Shown here: positions 10,098 to 22,079 of the stretch, one piece after another
Layout: each line of letters begins with the position of its first letter
Numbering within the stretch: the first letter of the stretch is position 1
NCBI RefSeq assembly: GCF_001194135.2
Contig: NC_068988.1
Location: 83,081,066-83,115,450 of the forward strand
Length of the DNA stretch: 34,385 bases
Source of the DNA: Octopus bimaculoides
Lineage: Eukaryota
Reading direction: 5' to 3'
Position numbers and translations under genes: made by a program
Notes under the pieces: model-generated
The model's input: the letters and a program-made list of their open reading frames with translations, nothing else
The model's database searches: none
Told to the model about the DNA's origin: nothing

Positions 10098-11637
10098 TTG
10101 AGAAAAATATTGTCGACAGTACAGGACAAAACAAAGATTGTGTGTGTCGCGAAAATCTCAACAATTCTATGTGGTGAAAAGATTAGAAAACGACAACATT
10201 CCCACAAAAAACCTTCTTGGCAAGAGCGTATTCAACACAAAATTAAGCTACTTAGGTCTGACATAGAATGTTTAAAAAACCTTAAATTTAACAAGACTAT
10301 CAAACCTACAAAAACCCGAAAATTAAAGAAAAAAATTTAATATGAAAACCATATTTGACATTGATATCACCATAGAAACCATCAAACAAAATGTATGTGC
10401 TAAAGCCGCCCGCATAGCAAGGTATGAAAAGCGCGTTAGATTCTTTAAGGACAACATGTTCAAAAATAACCCAAAATTTTTTTACAGGAAGATACCAGTA
10501 GCAGTAAAGTCTGTCTCATCAAAAGAAGTGCAGGAATTTTGGAATAAAATTTGGTCAGAAGAAAAAACACCCAATGAAAAAAACCCTTGGATTGATAGAC
10601 TATCTATAGACTTAGACTCCTTAGAGGAGCAAAAGTGGGAGGGTGTCAAGGTAGAAGATATAAGATCTGCTCTCAGGTTAAGCAAATGGAAGTCTCCAGG
10701 AAAGGATAAAATTCCTAATCTCTGCCATGAACTACTAACAAAACTTTACAACAATGTTTTGCAACATCCCCGCTACTAATCCTCTGCCAAGAAAAGAGGG
10801 AGGCCGTGGACTTTTACAACTGGCATTAGCACTGAAGATTGCCACAATTGGCCTAGACACTTACCTGAAAAACTCTGAGAACTGGATGTTAAAACTTGTC
10901 TCAAAACATGAAAACAAGAAAGCATCATATTCAGTAACAAAACAGACAAAGGAATATCTAAGTGAATTCCGAATACAACAATTTCCAGAATTAGACGTAC
11001 TAGAAACAAGCGCAGAAAAAGCTAAGCGCATGAAAACCCGTGCTAAAACTACTGCCTTAGATATTCTGACTGACAAATGGCAAGAAAAACCTCTCAATGG
11101 CAAATACCCAAAGAGAGCCAATAATGCTGATGTTGACAAAGCTCTTACCCATCAATGGCTAATGACTTCTGTTTTAAAATTAGAAACAGAAGGGTTTATG
11201 ATAGCAGCCCAAGATCAATGCCTACTTATAAGGAACTACCAGGCTAACATATTAAAGAACGGCAGCTCCCTAATATGTCGTGTATGTCAACAACAAAATG
11301 AGACCATTGATCATGTTGTCTTCATGTGCAGTTTTCTTGTGCCTACAGAGTATTTCAACAGACATGATAGAGCTGCACAATATATTCACTGAGTAATTTG
11401 CAAAAACCTGGGCTTGTCCCATGATAAAAACTGGTGGGAACACAAACCACCCCCAGTGCTTGAAAATGATCACATCTCACTCCTCTGGAACTTCACCATT
11501 CAAACTGACAGAAAAATAGATGCAAATAGGTCAAACATCATATTGAAAGACTTCAGACAGTCATATCATGCCTCCTCATTGATATGACTCTCCCAATCGA
11601 TATAAACGTATCTGTCAAGACCTACCAAAAACCGAGT
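10098..11637 (+). mobile_element. R4/Dong-type LINE with the RT core deleted
   Basis: Pre-RT region (FFKDNMFKNNPKFFYR..WKSPGKDKIPN) joins at about 10770-10783 directly to LPRKEGGRGLL; then TEGFMIAAQDQ, CRVC..ETIDHVVFMC knuckle, RHD, and RLE region. Confidence 0.88.
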
Positions 11638-11639
11638 AA

Positions 11640-12916
11640 GCCGCCACGCAGAGGGAGTTGGCAACAGACTGACCGCCTGGCCATTGGAACGCGTCCCTTT
11701 CACAAGAAAATAAACAGGTTATGCTCCAATCTAATCAAGCAGTAATTGGGGAAAGGCACAACGGTCAGACGATAAATAATGACTGAGGCGATGTAGGCAT
11801 ACGCCACCTCTGCTCGACCTTTCAGAGATAACTTCCTCTCTGCCCATTTCTGGGTAAGAGAGGTCATCCTGTTCGTCACCTCTTCCCAATTCTTATCCAC
11901 CTGGAGGTCGGGACCAAACCAGTCCCCGAGCAGTTTAACTGGTCCGTCAGTTCAGCGTCCGGCATTGATTTTAGCCCCTACAACCGACTCATATTCCTTT
12001 ACAATGGAACCAACCGTCTCCATTTCGGAGGCGTCGGACACCATGACAGTGATGTCGTCCGTGTATGCAAACACTGCCCTCTCAAGTCCAATTTCGAAAG
12101 GGAGGCTTCTTAACTGTTTCAACTTCCGCAGCAGTAGCTCGAGAGCCAGCACATACAGAAGAGGTGACAGCAGGCAGCCCTGACGGACCGAACGTGCGAT
12201 ACTAAACGGTTTCGATAGGTGGCCATTTACTTTGACCACCGAGCAGGTGCTGCTGTGCATTGCAGCAATCCAACCTCTGAAAACGGGTCCAAAACCGGCC
12301 GCTTTCAAGTGGCGATGGTATACCCTATTGAAAGCTTTTCACTGATCTAAATTGATCAAGGGCCACCGAAGCCAGTTTTAGTCCCAGCCCTCTCTACGAT
12401 GTATCACATAAGGTGGAGGTTGTCATGGATAGACCTGCTCGGGATTGCGTACGTTTGTGCCTCCCCGACCAGACTACTTACGACAAGCGCCAATCTTTTC
12501 GCTAATAGCTTGGCCAAAATCTTAAACTCTGTGTTTAGCAAAGTTATGGGCCGAAAATTCCCTAGCATGTCATCATTGTCGGTGTCCTTTCTCAGCAGTG
12601 TTACTACACTCGGGCTAACAGCACTAGGAATCCTCCCGTTCTGTTGCCAGTTACTGTTGACATCTGCCAAGAGGCTGCCAAACAAATCTGCCATGAAAAC
12701 AGAATTGGATGGTCTGCCATCCAAACCTGGCGATTTGCGACTTGTGCAATCGCTCATCGCCTCCTGTATTTCAGAAGTTGTAATCAGCGTTTCCCAGAAT
12801 TTCGCGTCCGTCACCGAGAGCCTTGGTAGGCCGTCTAGGTCCGAAGTAAAGTTCGCTGACCCATCACCCTCCCCAAACAGCCGTTCAAAGTACTGCTGGA
12901 AAACTGCACACATCTG
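11640..12916 (-). mobile_element. L1/Tx1-clade LINE RT region, second copy
   Basis: KSPGLDG, FRPITLLNTEFKILAKLLA, SVRQGCLLSPLLYVLAL, AYTDDITV; homologous to 5856-7632. Confidence 0.9.
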
Positions 12917-13721
12917 NNNNNNNNNNNNNNNNNNNNNNNNNNNNNNNNNNNNNNNNNNNNNNNNNNNNNNNNNNNNNNNNNNNNNNNNNNNNNNNNNNNN
13001 NNNNNNNNNNNNNNNNNNNNNNNNNNNNNNNNNNNNNNNNNNNNNNNNNNNNNNNNNNNNNNNNNNNNNNNNNNNNNNNNNNNNNNNNNNNNNNNNNNNN
13101 NNNNNNNNNNNNNNNNNNNNNNNNNNNNNNNNNNNNNNNNNNNNNNNNNNNNNNNNNNNNNNNNNNNNNNNNNNNNNNNNNNNNNNNNNNNNNNNNNNNN
13201 NNNNNNNNNNNNNNNNNNNNNNNNNNNNNNNNNNNNNNNNNNNNNNNNNNNNNNNNNNNNNNNNNNNNNNNNNNNNNNNNNNNNNNNNNNNNNNNNNNNN
13301 NNNNNNNNNNNNNNNNNNNNNNNNNNNNNNNNNNNNNNNNNNNNNNNNNNNNNNNNNNNNNNNNNNNNNNNNNNNNNNNNNNNNNNNNNNNNNNNNNNNN
13401 NNNNNNNNNNNNNNNNNNNNNNNNNNNNNNNNNNNNNNNNNNNNNNNNNNNNNNNNNNNNNNNNNNNNNNNNNNNNNNNNNNNNNNNNNNNNNNNNNNNN
13501 NNNNNNNNNNNNNNNNNNNNNNNNNNNNNNNNNNNNNNNNNNNNNNNNNNNNNNNNNNNNNNNNNNNNNNNNNNNNNNNNNNNNNNNNNNNNNNNNNNNN
13601 NNNNNNNNNNNNNNNNNNNNNNNNNNNNNNNNNNNNNNNNNNNNNNNNNNNNNNNNNNNNNNNNNNNNNNNNNNNNNNNNNNNNNNNNNNNNNNNNNNNN
13701 NNNNNNNNNNNNNNNNNNNNN

Positions 13722-14460
13722 TCTATCATAGTTTTACAAACGCCTGACGACGTTTTAATCAAAAGTCTGTCCTTGGGTGTTTTGAGGATGAAATCCTCAA
13801 ATTCCTTTTCTTCTGTCTCTATACTATTCTTATTTTTGATTTACAAAATCAATCAATTCCCTGTTACACTTGTTCACAACGGTGAAATTGATGGATACAG
13901 TTCGTCTACAGTCTGATGAATATTTTTGAAGTTCTGTAATCGGTTGTTTCTCGGTTTCTTTAATTTCATGTTGTTGTTGATGATGTTACTGTCTTTGAAG
14001 TTGTTGATCTTGTTCTTGCAGTTTTTCCTGGAATAGTTGTGAATTGTGTTGCAGTTGTGGTTTCAGAATAAGTTCTTGTTGATTTCTTGGAGTAGGGCTA
14101 TGTACTCTCTTCCTCTCTCGCCTCCCCTCTTTTGTTATTGTGATCAATTGATCGTTCAGCTCTTCCTTCTCCATGTCATTGCAGTTGATGTTGGTTTGGG
14201 AGGAAGAAAATTCAGGAGAAACTTGCGTTTCCATGGGAACCGGGGGAAGATTCCTTCTTTGTCTTGGTTTGGGAGTGGGTGTAGGTGTAGGTGTAGGAGT
14301 CTTGAGCACTTGTTTATGATTTTTAACTTGTGGTGTTTGTAATGTTGGCAGCGGTGAGACTTTATTTTCCATTGTTTCGGGGCAGAAAACCTTTAAGTGG
14401 TTTATAGATCCACATTTATGGCATTTATGGGTCACATATAATACATATCCAATGTTCACT
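13722..14460 (-). mobile_element. Probable L1/Tx1 ORF1 remnant with CCHC zinc knuckle
   Basis: CHKCGSINHLKVFC (C-x2-C-x4-H-x4-C) followed by P/T/Q-rich low-complexity sequence (ORF 13986..14459). Confidence 0.6.
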
Positions 14461-14474
14461 GTTGATTACAGTTC

Positions 14475-15107
14475 CAATTGTTCCTTTGCGACAGACCCTT
14501 TTAAGTTCAGAGTGCTGAATCATCTTTTCCTCCTAGGCATTGCAATTAGTCCTAGCAGCACCTCTCCACTTGTTTCGATCTAGAACATCATTTTCTCAAT
14601 CACTTTTGTTCATATCTAATTTCTTCACGGTCTTTATACCTTTTCCTCGGATTATGTTGTGTTCGCTTACCGGAATTGAGCTCACCATAAAAAAAGACGC
14701 TTTGGCAAACACTCGTCTTTCATTCTAATAACATGTCCAGTCCATCTCATTTGAGCCAAGATAGCACGTTGTTCAAATGAGCTGCAACGTGTCATGCGCA
14801 AAACCTCTGTATCTGGCATGAAACATTCTCACTTGACTCCTAAGATACGTCTGAGGCACTTTTGATGAAATCTCTCCAGCATTTTTATATGACGCTTATA
14901 AGTGGTCTATGTCTCACTTGAATAAAGAATTGCAGACAATACACACGCTTTATAGACACTGGTTTTTGCCTTCAGGGAAATACCTCTATCCACCCATTCT
15001 CGCTTCCCTATTCGATAGTATATCTCTGCATCAAGACTACCCTCTCTTGACAGTATGCCTCCTAGGTAAACAAGGGTACCAACGACTTCTAACCTTGTTC
15101 CATTCAC
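14475..15107 (-). mobile_element. RTE-clade LINE 3' coding fragment
   Basis: LEVVGTLVYLGGILS..LDAEIYYRI..KTSVYKACVLSAILYSSET..RFHQKCLRRIL..LDRNKWR..ELKRVCRKG. Confidence 0.85.
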
Positions 15108-15671
15108 AAAAATGCAACTAGAAAAGTATTTTATTTTTTATATGTTTCAGCCCTAAGGCTGTATATGTAGTCAGCATATGCAGTCATATTCTCAGTATAG
15201 AAGACACTTAGTAGTGCTCGAATGGTTCGAACTTAGACTCCAATGACTTTACAAGGGATCAATTTCATGGGGTAAAGAATGGCTATAAGAGAAGTCAAAT
15301 TGAGAAGATGTGGAGGCAATTATTCAGATAGATCTGAAATGTAAGATCTATTGGACTTATAATACCTTTCTCCACCCCTCCACTTTAATTTTCCCTGTCA
15401 TTTATACTCTGTGTAAGTTGGGTCTATTGATATGAATATCTATATATCTATACTTAAATATTCATCGTCTGAAAATCTTCACTTTTTGCTTTCTCACTTT
15501 TTGCTTTTTGTACATAAAATACAAAAAATATAAAAATTCAAAGATGAGGTAAAAAAAAGAAAAAACAGCAAGCGAGATGCATTAAGTTGACGCTCAGGAA
15601 AATTAGAAGAAGTCTTCAACGCTTCGAGCCTACACTCTACCACGTACCACCCGCACAGCCANNNNNNNNNN

Positions 15672-15675
15672 GATT

Positions 15676-15709
<34 letters not shown>

Positions 15710-15777
15710 AAGATAGATGTAGATAGATAGATAGATAGATAGACAGAGAGATAGATAGATTGATTGATAGATAGATA
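15672..15777. repeat. (GATA)n microsatellite
   Basis: Direct reading. Confidence 0.95.
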
Positions 15778-15959
15778 ACTGTTTCAACGTACTCTCACAG
15801 CTCGTGGGAGTTAAAGAACAGGTTAATAACAGAAAATAAATGACATATTTTTTCACAGGTCAAAATCTAAAGCAGCGAAAGAGCAGTAGCACATAAAATA
15901 AAAAGAAAAAAGAAAAAAAGAGAAGAAAAATTACTGCTGAAATGAAGATTGAAGAAGGA

Positions 15960-16020
15960 TACTCTTTTACTCTTTTACTCGTTTCAGCCATGCGGCTGTG
16001 GTCATGCTGGAACACCACCA
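15960..16020 (-). mobile_element. SINE family B 3' tail fragment
   Basis: Reverse complement ends in GAAAC-GAGTAAAAGAGTAAAAGAGT, matching the tail of the copy at 32007-32460. Confidence 0.55.
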
Positions 16021-16059
16021 TGATAGAGGAAAAAATCAATAAAGTTAATAACTGCTTAG

Positions 16060-16141
<82 letters not shown>

Positions 16142-16168
16142 CGACGACGACGACGACAACGACGATGA
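16060..16168. repeat. Compound (TTA)n(GAT)n(GAC)n microsatellite
   Basis: Direct reading; source of the poly-Y/poly-D pseudo-ORF 15942..16220. Confidence 0.95.
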
Positions 16169-16553
16169 CAGTCTAGATTTTGAAGGAGATAACGGTCAAA
16201 TGCAGAAACAGATTCAATAAATTTGATTGACAGGTAGGAAGCAGCAAATTTAAATAGATTTTAACGAAATGGAATATATTAAAAAAAGAATAAATAATAT
16301 ATCTCTTGACAATCCTTGACTATATCTCGGCTTAAACTTTCATCAGTCGCTCGCTAGCGTTATGTCGTTTGGTGGCCGTATTTTGGTTTGTAATGTAAAT
16401 GTATTATTATTATTTCTGGCGATCTTTGTGATGTTTTGTTTTTGTTTTTGGAAAACAAATGCATGAAAATGAGCAACGTCTGAAACAATAAATTCCAAAT
16501 GATCTACTACAATCACCAGAAAGTTCAAACAAAATTCTTGATAACTTAATCCA

Positions 16554-16715
16554 TAGGCGCAGGCGTGGTGTGTGGTAAGTAGCTTATTTCTCAACCATGG
16601 TTCTGGGTTCAGTCTCACTGCGTAGCACATTGGGCAAGTGTCATCTACTATAGCCTCGGGCCGATTAAAGCCTTGTGAGCAAATTTGGTAGACAGAAACT
16701 GAAAGAAGCCTGTCG

Positions 16716-16764
<49 letters not shown>

Positions 16765-16771
16765 CCCCTCT

Positions 16772-16840
<69 letters not shown>
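16554..16840 (+). mobile_element. tRNA-derived SINE family B, 5' half with internal (TATC)n/(TG)n
   Basis: Head TAGGCGCAGGCGTGGTGTGTGGTAAG..GGGTTCAGTC; block GCCTTGTGAG..TTTGGTAGACAGAAACTGAAAGAAGCC resembling the Deu/Nin domain (from memory). Confidence 0.85.
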
Positions 16841-16842
<2 letters not shown>

Positions 16843-16924
16843 CACGTGAGTCGTCTAAGAGACCATAAGCCAGGGAAAAGATGCACTCGTATATCTATCA
16901 GTAGAGAGGGTATATTATCCGAAA

Positions 16925-18213
16925 TGTATTGTATTAAATATCCATCACGGTTCGGCTTACCAATCGGTTTCGCGTAAAGAATACAATGGAGTGTTAGGTA
17001 ACATCCCGATTATATAACTTTACGCTCATCAGAGTTAGCCGATATGGAAGGGAATATGGTGACTGCTCTTTATTGTCGGAGGTAGATTAGCACAACCGAT
17101 CAGTGGCTGCTGTGAAAAAGGTGGTGAAACGAAAAAGGGGCCAGAGGATTAGTTTAGGATTTATGTCTCTTGGTTGGGTATGCTGTGAAACTGGCAAGAG
17201 TTATCTTGAAGTGTGTATTATTAATGTGGTGTTTCTGTGGAGATAGGTGTGTGCTATGTGTAGCGTGTCATATGTATAATTTTTTCCGGGGATGTAGGTG
17301 TATATAGCTGTGTTCGTTGATCTGCTTTCTTTCTGTAAAGGATGAAGTTGTGGGAGGGAGAGGGTTATGTTAGCGTGCGGTGTGGAATGTGTGTGTGTGT
17401 GGAGTTTGTATATATGTGGAGTACAATTTGTGTGAAGTACGATTTGCATCTTTCTAGGATCTGCTGCTATTGAAGTACGGTTTGCATCTTTCTAGGATCT
17501 TCCACTTTATGTTGTACTCCGTGGTGTTTTCTTTCAAAGTCCAAACGTGCTTCGCTAGTGCTGTGGCGTTACGTCTCTCTGGGATGTTGAATGAGGACCT
17601 GTTGTTAAAGTGGGTTCTGAAGGGGTCTTCCGTTGCTCCCACATACTTCCGCACAGTCGGTTGTTCACTGGATCCTGTTGCTGTTGCTTCTGCTTCGTAA
17701 ACAACTGTTTCCATATTGCAGCGACCGTTTAGTGGAAAAATTGTGTTACTCCTGAATGAGATCCTGCCTCAGCCTTGGGTCTGGGTCAACCTACTAAAAT
17801 CTTTTTTACTCTAGGTGCACAGCTAAAGGATAATCTCAGGGTATGTCTATTAAATATTTTGTTAAATCTATTGGGGGAAGTATCTATCAACTAAACTTAG
17901 GAAAATCTTACCTACTCTGGTTTTAACGTTTAAAGAGAATGACGGTTTGAACCACAATACTTTCCAGTTGCGCTTTCTCTTAGGTGAGGGCTAGGGTCTG
18001 GCATCTAATTAATATTATCCTTGAAACCGCTAGCAGCCAGAGCCCGGTTGTAGTATGGGGCGGTAGCAGCAGAGATCTCTTTGCTTGAAGACAAGCTAGA
18101 GATTCTCTTGCTGGCACCCTTAACCAGGTTCCTGAAAACTATGGCTGGATGGCAAGAATCTGTGTTAATGTAAGACAACTTCTCATTTGGTTTCCTAAAG
18201 AGCCTATAGGCAC
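16925..18213 (-). mobile_element. Penelope-like element (Naiad-type): RT thumb, linker, GIY-YIG endonuclease, 3' pLTR; 5'-truncated and decayed
   Basis: YRLFRKPNEKLSYINTDSCHP..AAPYYNRALAASGF; [27 protein letters not shown]; PLNGRC..VVYEA..KYVGATEDPF..TALAKHVWTLKE..YNIKWKIL; hammerhead downstream. Confidence 0.88.
16952..17042 (-). ncRNA. Type I hammerhead ribozyme, canonical core
   Basis: CTGATGA (17032-17026); 8-bp stem II GCGTAAAG/CTTTACGC; GAAAC (16971-16967); helix III ACC-GATT-GGT; predicted cleavage after GTA (16958/16957); stem I TCGGCT/AGCCGA. Confidence 0.8.
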
Positions 18214-18278
18214 CTGATTCCAGGTATATGTATGTGTGAGTGTGTATGCGTCACATGCACATATGCATATGCATGTGA

Positions 18279-18450
18279 CATCAACTAGAAGATCACCGAA
18301 AATTCAGGCCATAAATACTACTAAGAGATGCAATTCTTGCATTGTAGAAAAAGTATACTTGTAAGGAAAATGTGAGAACCAAAATTGTGCCTTAATGCTA
18401 AAATGAATATTTTCAGTCCTTACATACGCGAGGGAAAATTCCTTCATAGA
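18279..18450 (+). mobile_element. Naiad-type GIY-YIG C-terminal fragment
   Basis: IN*KIT..NTTKRCNSCIVEK..CLNAKMNIFSPYIREGKFL; alignable by eye to 19150-19270. Confidence 0.65.
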
Positions 18451-19149
18451 TATTGGTTACCCAACTATAGCCACTTTTCACTGACAAATAAGCAAAAAAA
18501 ATTTATGTCTTAGTAATTGATTTGCTATTCAGAAAAATATATATTTCCAAGACAGAAAAGCCCGTTACCAGCTTCAGATTTGAATTTCCTTCGAAATTAC
18601 CATGGAAATTATTTTGAACCTCCATTAGGTCGAAAAAATCTATCTTAGACTAGAGCTCTTCAAGAACAATCGTAATGTTTAACGGCAATTTATCCCTCAC
18701 TCCATTCAGAACTTGTGAGCAAGGGATTTGAAATTGAAAAAATATATTATTTTAATATATTACAAAGCAAGAAATAGGTTCTACACCAGCCTTGGACAAA
18801 ATTTATCTCCCTTATCAACTTCTAGTTTTGTTCAGACATGTGGCACACTTATATGCACACACATGCATGCACTGGTAGTCACACACCTATATGCTCGTAG
18901 GTACACACGCACGTATTCACACACATTCATATGTACATGTTCTCATACATACATGCTAATACACTCTCTTATGTATAGGTTGGTATAGAAAAGAAAGAGA
19001 AACAGAGAGAAAGAGTGAGGGGAAGAGCGAAGAGGAGAAATCTCGGAAAATTGGGAAAATTTGGAAAGAATGAGGAGAAATTTTGAGAAATATTTGAAAA
19101 ATATTTTTTGGCCAAACGCTTACAAGGAAAAAACGGGGCCTCTAAAATT

Positions 19150-19530
19150 TGATTTTCATTAGTTCCATAGATTTATACTTTATGTTTTATACAATGCAGA
19201 GCTTGTATCTCTTGGTAGCATTCATGCATGTTCAGGAATTTTTGGCGATCTTCCAGTTGATTTTATGTTCGTTTCTTTCTCTTTTAACTTCTAAACGTAG
19301 CTTGCACGCTTGGTAACATTCCCTTTCTCGATGTTTCTGAACGAGGTGGTGTAGTTTATGAAATCTTTGTTTGAAGGGTCCTTCGTAAACCGATATATCG
19401 TTTTAGGTTGATGTTCTAGTTCGCATCCATTGATTTCAGTTCTACCTCATAAATGATTACTTCAGCGTTCCACGATCCATTCAACGAGTAGCCGTAGAGT
19501 TACTGTATGAACATTCAACCTCAGTAGTTG
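19150..19530 (-). mobile_element. Naiad-type GIY-YIG fragment
   Basis: With frameshifts: SLNGSWNAEVIIYEVEL..KRYIG..EGPFKQRF..YTTSFRN..SYV*KLKEKE..KINWKIAK..NATKRYKLCIV. Confidence 0.75.
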
Positions 19531-19619
19531 GGTTGAGTTTATGTGATATAATTGTTTCATGTTAGGGTTGTTGCTATAATTAATATTAACTGTATACTTA
19601 TTGAATAATATTCTATATT

Positions 19620-19705
19620 CGCACGCATGTGGGATATATATATGTGTGTATACGTGTGTACAGTTACATAAACATATATATATTTATTTATATATATACA
19701 TACAT

Positions 19706-19737
<32 letters not shown>

Positions 19738-19908
19738 GTATATACATACACATATATGTATATATATATATACACACATAATATTTGTGTACATATATAT
19801 GCATATATATTCGTATATACATACTTACAAACATACATACATGCACACTTACACAAACATATGTGTATGTATGTAAGTATGTATGTATGTATGTACATAT
19901 GTATGTAC

Positions 19909-19939
<31 letters not shown>

Positions 19940-19950
19940 TGTATGTATGT
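19620..19950. repeat. (TA)/(CA)/(TATG) microsatellite block
   Basis: Direct reading. Confidence 0.95.
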
Positions 19951-21523
19951 ATCGTCACGGGCCGCCAGTCATAATCAAAGTAGGATACTGGCTGGTGAAA
20001 TCAGACGTAAACTTGAGGATCTCCATATCTGTTGGTGCACGTTTTGCAAGCAACTACAAAAAAAGAATAAGGTTGACTAATATTAACTAATAAAATATAC
20101 GAGGCATGTATTCAATGAATCAGCTATAGAGTATGAAGTCGTTTAACTTAATCAATTATTGTTATTAACACCTTACTATCGCTTATCTGATTTATCACAG
20201 CGAGTAACAATAGAAGCTATGTATAACGTAAGGAAAGAGTTTATAATAGCTATATCTTAGCTATAGATATGTCTGTTAATAAATTGGTAATGGTTACTAT
20301 GCTGCTATCTTAAGTTATTTGAATTCTTAATAGAAAGAAAAAAAATATCCTATCCAAACCGTCAAACTATATCAATAGTCTCCGGATATATTCAATCAAC
20401 TTACTTCGAAGGAGGAAATTGTTAGTCGAGAAATGATTTGACGGTGTATTTCAAGTATTTATGCAATCACATTTGTCTTCATCGAAATTAAATTATATAA
20501 TGTGTAATAAATGGAAGTTTCTCAAGGAGTCAATTCAAGCAAGTCAAAAGCTCTAGAGTTTTGTGCCATATATATTCAGTATTTAAACATGTCACCGACT
20601 AAGTGCACGATATATTAGTCTAATGATTTCAGCTAGCTTATGGTTTGTGTCTGATTTTATTCCTTGAATTCGCGAAAATACTTTTGCAGGTGAGATTATT
20701 TTTTACTATTATACCCCTGGAAGACGTAAAGTCGAGTGGCTACATGGAATTGGCAGAAACATCGTTATCTTTAGCCTTAAACACAAAACTATGTGGTCTC
20801 CAGCTTTCGAGTCTCCCAAATGTATAGTCAAACGAAATCGCGCTCGCTAAAGCATTCTTGCAGATTCAAAGGGTAAAATACTGTTTATTATGAAGTTATT
20901 TATGTAGGAAAGTGATGGTTGGAGTGTTATCCATTGACGAGTGACCCACATATCACGATGAGCGGCTTCGTTTTTCTGTATGCGAGGAGAATAACAAAAT
21001 GTATTTATGTTTTTTGGGGCTGGATTATTTAGTCTGGCTGCATGCTACCAGTCACAGAAAACTGCATCCTAAATTTGCTATCAAAACAACCATTGTAGTT
21101 GGTAGATCGATGTTTCACACGGCAGTTCTATATGTTGTTTTATGTGATCCGGTTTTTGTCTGCGATTCACTTAGACATATGTTTGTATTATTAAACAAAC
21201 TTCGAGAACAAGCTCTTTCCATACTATGTCAATTGCAATAGTAAGTGGGATCAACGTTAATTTGTTTGAGTTTAGTATCACTATTTCCCTTAACATACAT
21301 TTCGTGTCTGGTTCGACAAACTGTTCACCAGATTACACAATGAAAAGAAAAGTATGTGGTAAGTTCTGCACAAACTTACTTCACTTAATACACATCCTTT
21401 GTGACAGTTGTTCAGTAACAGACCTATTTTTTTTACTCTTTTTAGTGTTCGTTGTCGTTCGTAGTTGCTTGGGGTACCAAAAAACACATCCAGATTGTGA
21501 GTGCAAGCCGTATGTACTTTTTC

Positions 21524-21690
21524 ACCTCCAATAACAGAGAGTAGTAATCATATTTTTTTTCCATTCCAGCTGACCCTGATGAGCATATGGTGTTACATAA
21601 CCGAGCTATCATCTAACATCCGGTTAAATACCCTGTACAAAACCGATTGGTAAGATTGGCCGTAATGAATATATAATATTGTACACTGTA
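21524..21690 (+). mobile_element. Solo Naiad-type pLTR remnant with decayed hammerhead, homologous to about 16925-17080
   Basis: Shared ACCTCC..CATATT..TTCCA..CTGATGAG..GTTA(C/T)ATAA..CTAACA..AAACCGATTGGTAAG..CCGT(A/G)ATG; GAAAC has become AAAAC. Confidence 0.75.
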
Positions 21691-21886
21691 ATATAAATTA
21701 TAATAAAACGAAGGTATTATTACTATAATGTAGAATAGATCTTCTCTATCGATCTGACAACCTGTAATTTAATGTTCGATCTCGTTGCCAGATGAAAATG
21801 TTAAATATGAAAATTGGTCTACCCAATGTACCGTGGCCCAAATATGAATGGGTTTCTAAGCAACTTGTTCGAGGATACTTAAATAA

Positions 21887-21939
21887 GGTATACTGCTGAT
21901 GATGACGAATCCAACAAGAGTCGAAACGTACAGGTGTCC
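21887..21939 (+). ncRNA. Minimal hammerhead-like motif (GAAACGUH type)
   Basis: CTGATGA 21896-21902; GAC/GTC stem II; GAAAC-GTA 21923-21930; stem I GGTATACTG/CAG(G)TGTCC partly complementary. Confidence 0.5.
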
Positions 21940-22047
21940 TCTCTTTTACTGTCCACGCGCATACTGTGGAGATGCAACGTTTACATTCGCTGTTAAACGT
22001 TTGGTGTCAAATTGGAAGGTGTAATTTGTAGTAAATTATAGTAATAA

Positions 22048-22079
<32 letters not shown>

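Noticed and set aside
16300-16350. Minus-strand GACTGATGAAAGTTTAAGCCGAGATATAGTC hammerhead-like string
   Set aside because: Needs at least three corrections (GAGA for GAAA, broken stem II, missing core or stem base); too degenerate to call.
17450-19530. Selenocysteine recoding, reported for some Naiad elements
   Set aside because: I see no in-frame TGA at conserved Cys positions; the substitutions are ordinary decay (e.g. C>F, C>W, C>Y) and no SECIS can be supported by eye.
20098-20125. TACGAGG.. possible mariner TIR start
   Set aside because: No matching inverted partner or transposase sequence found nearby.
20925-20975. TTGACGA-GTGA..TCAC-GATG
   Set aside because: No GAAA, helix III or stem I.
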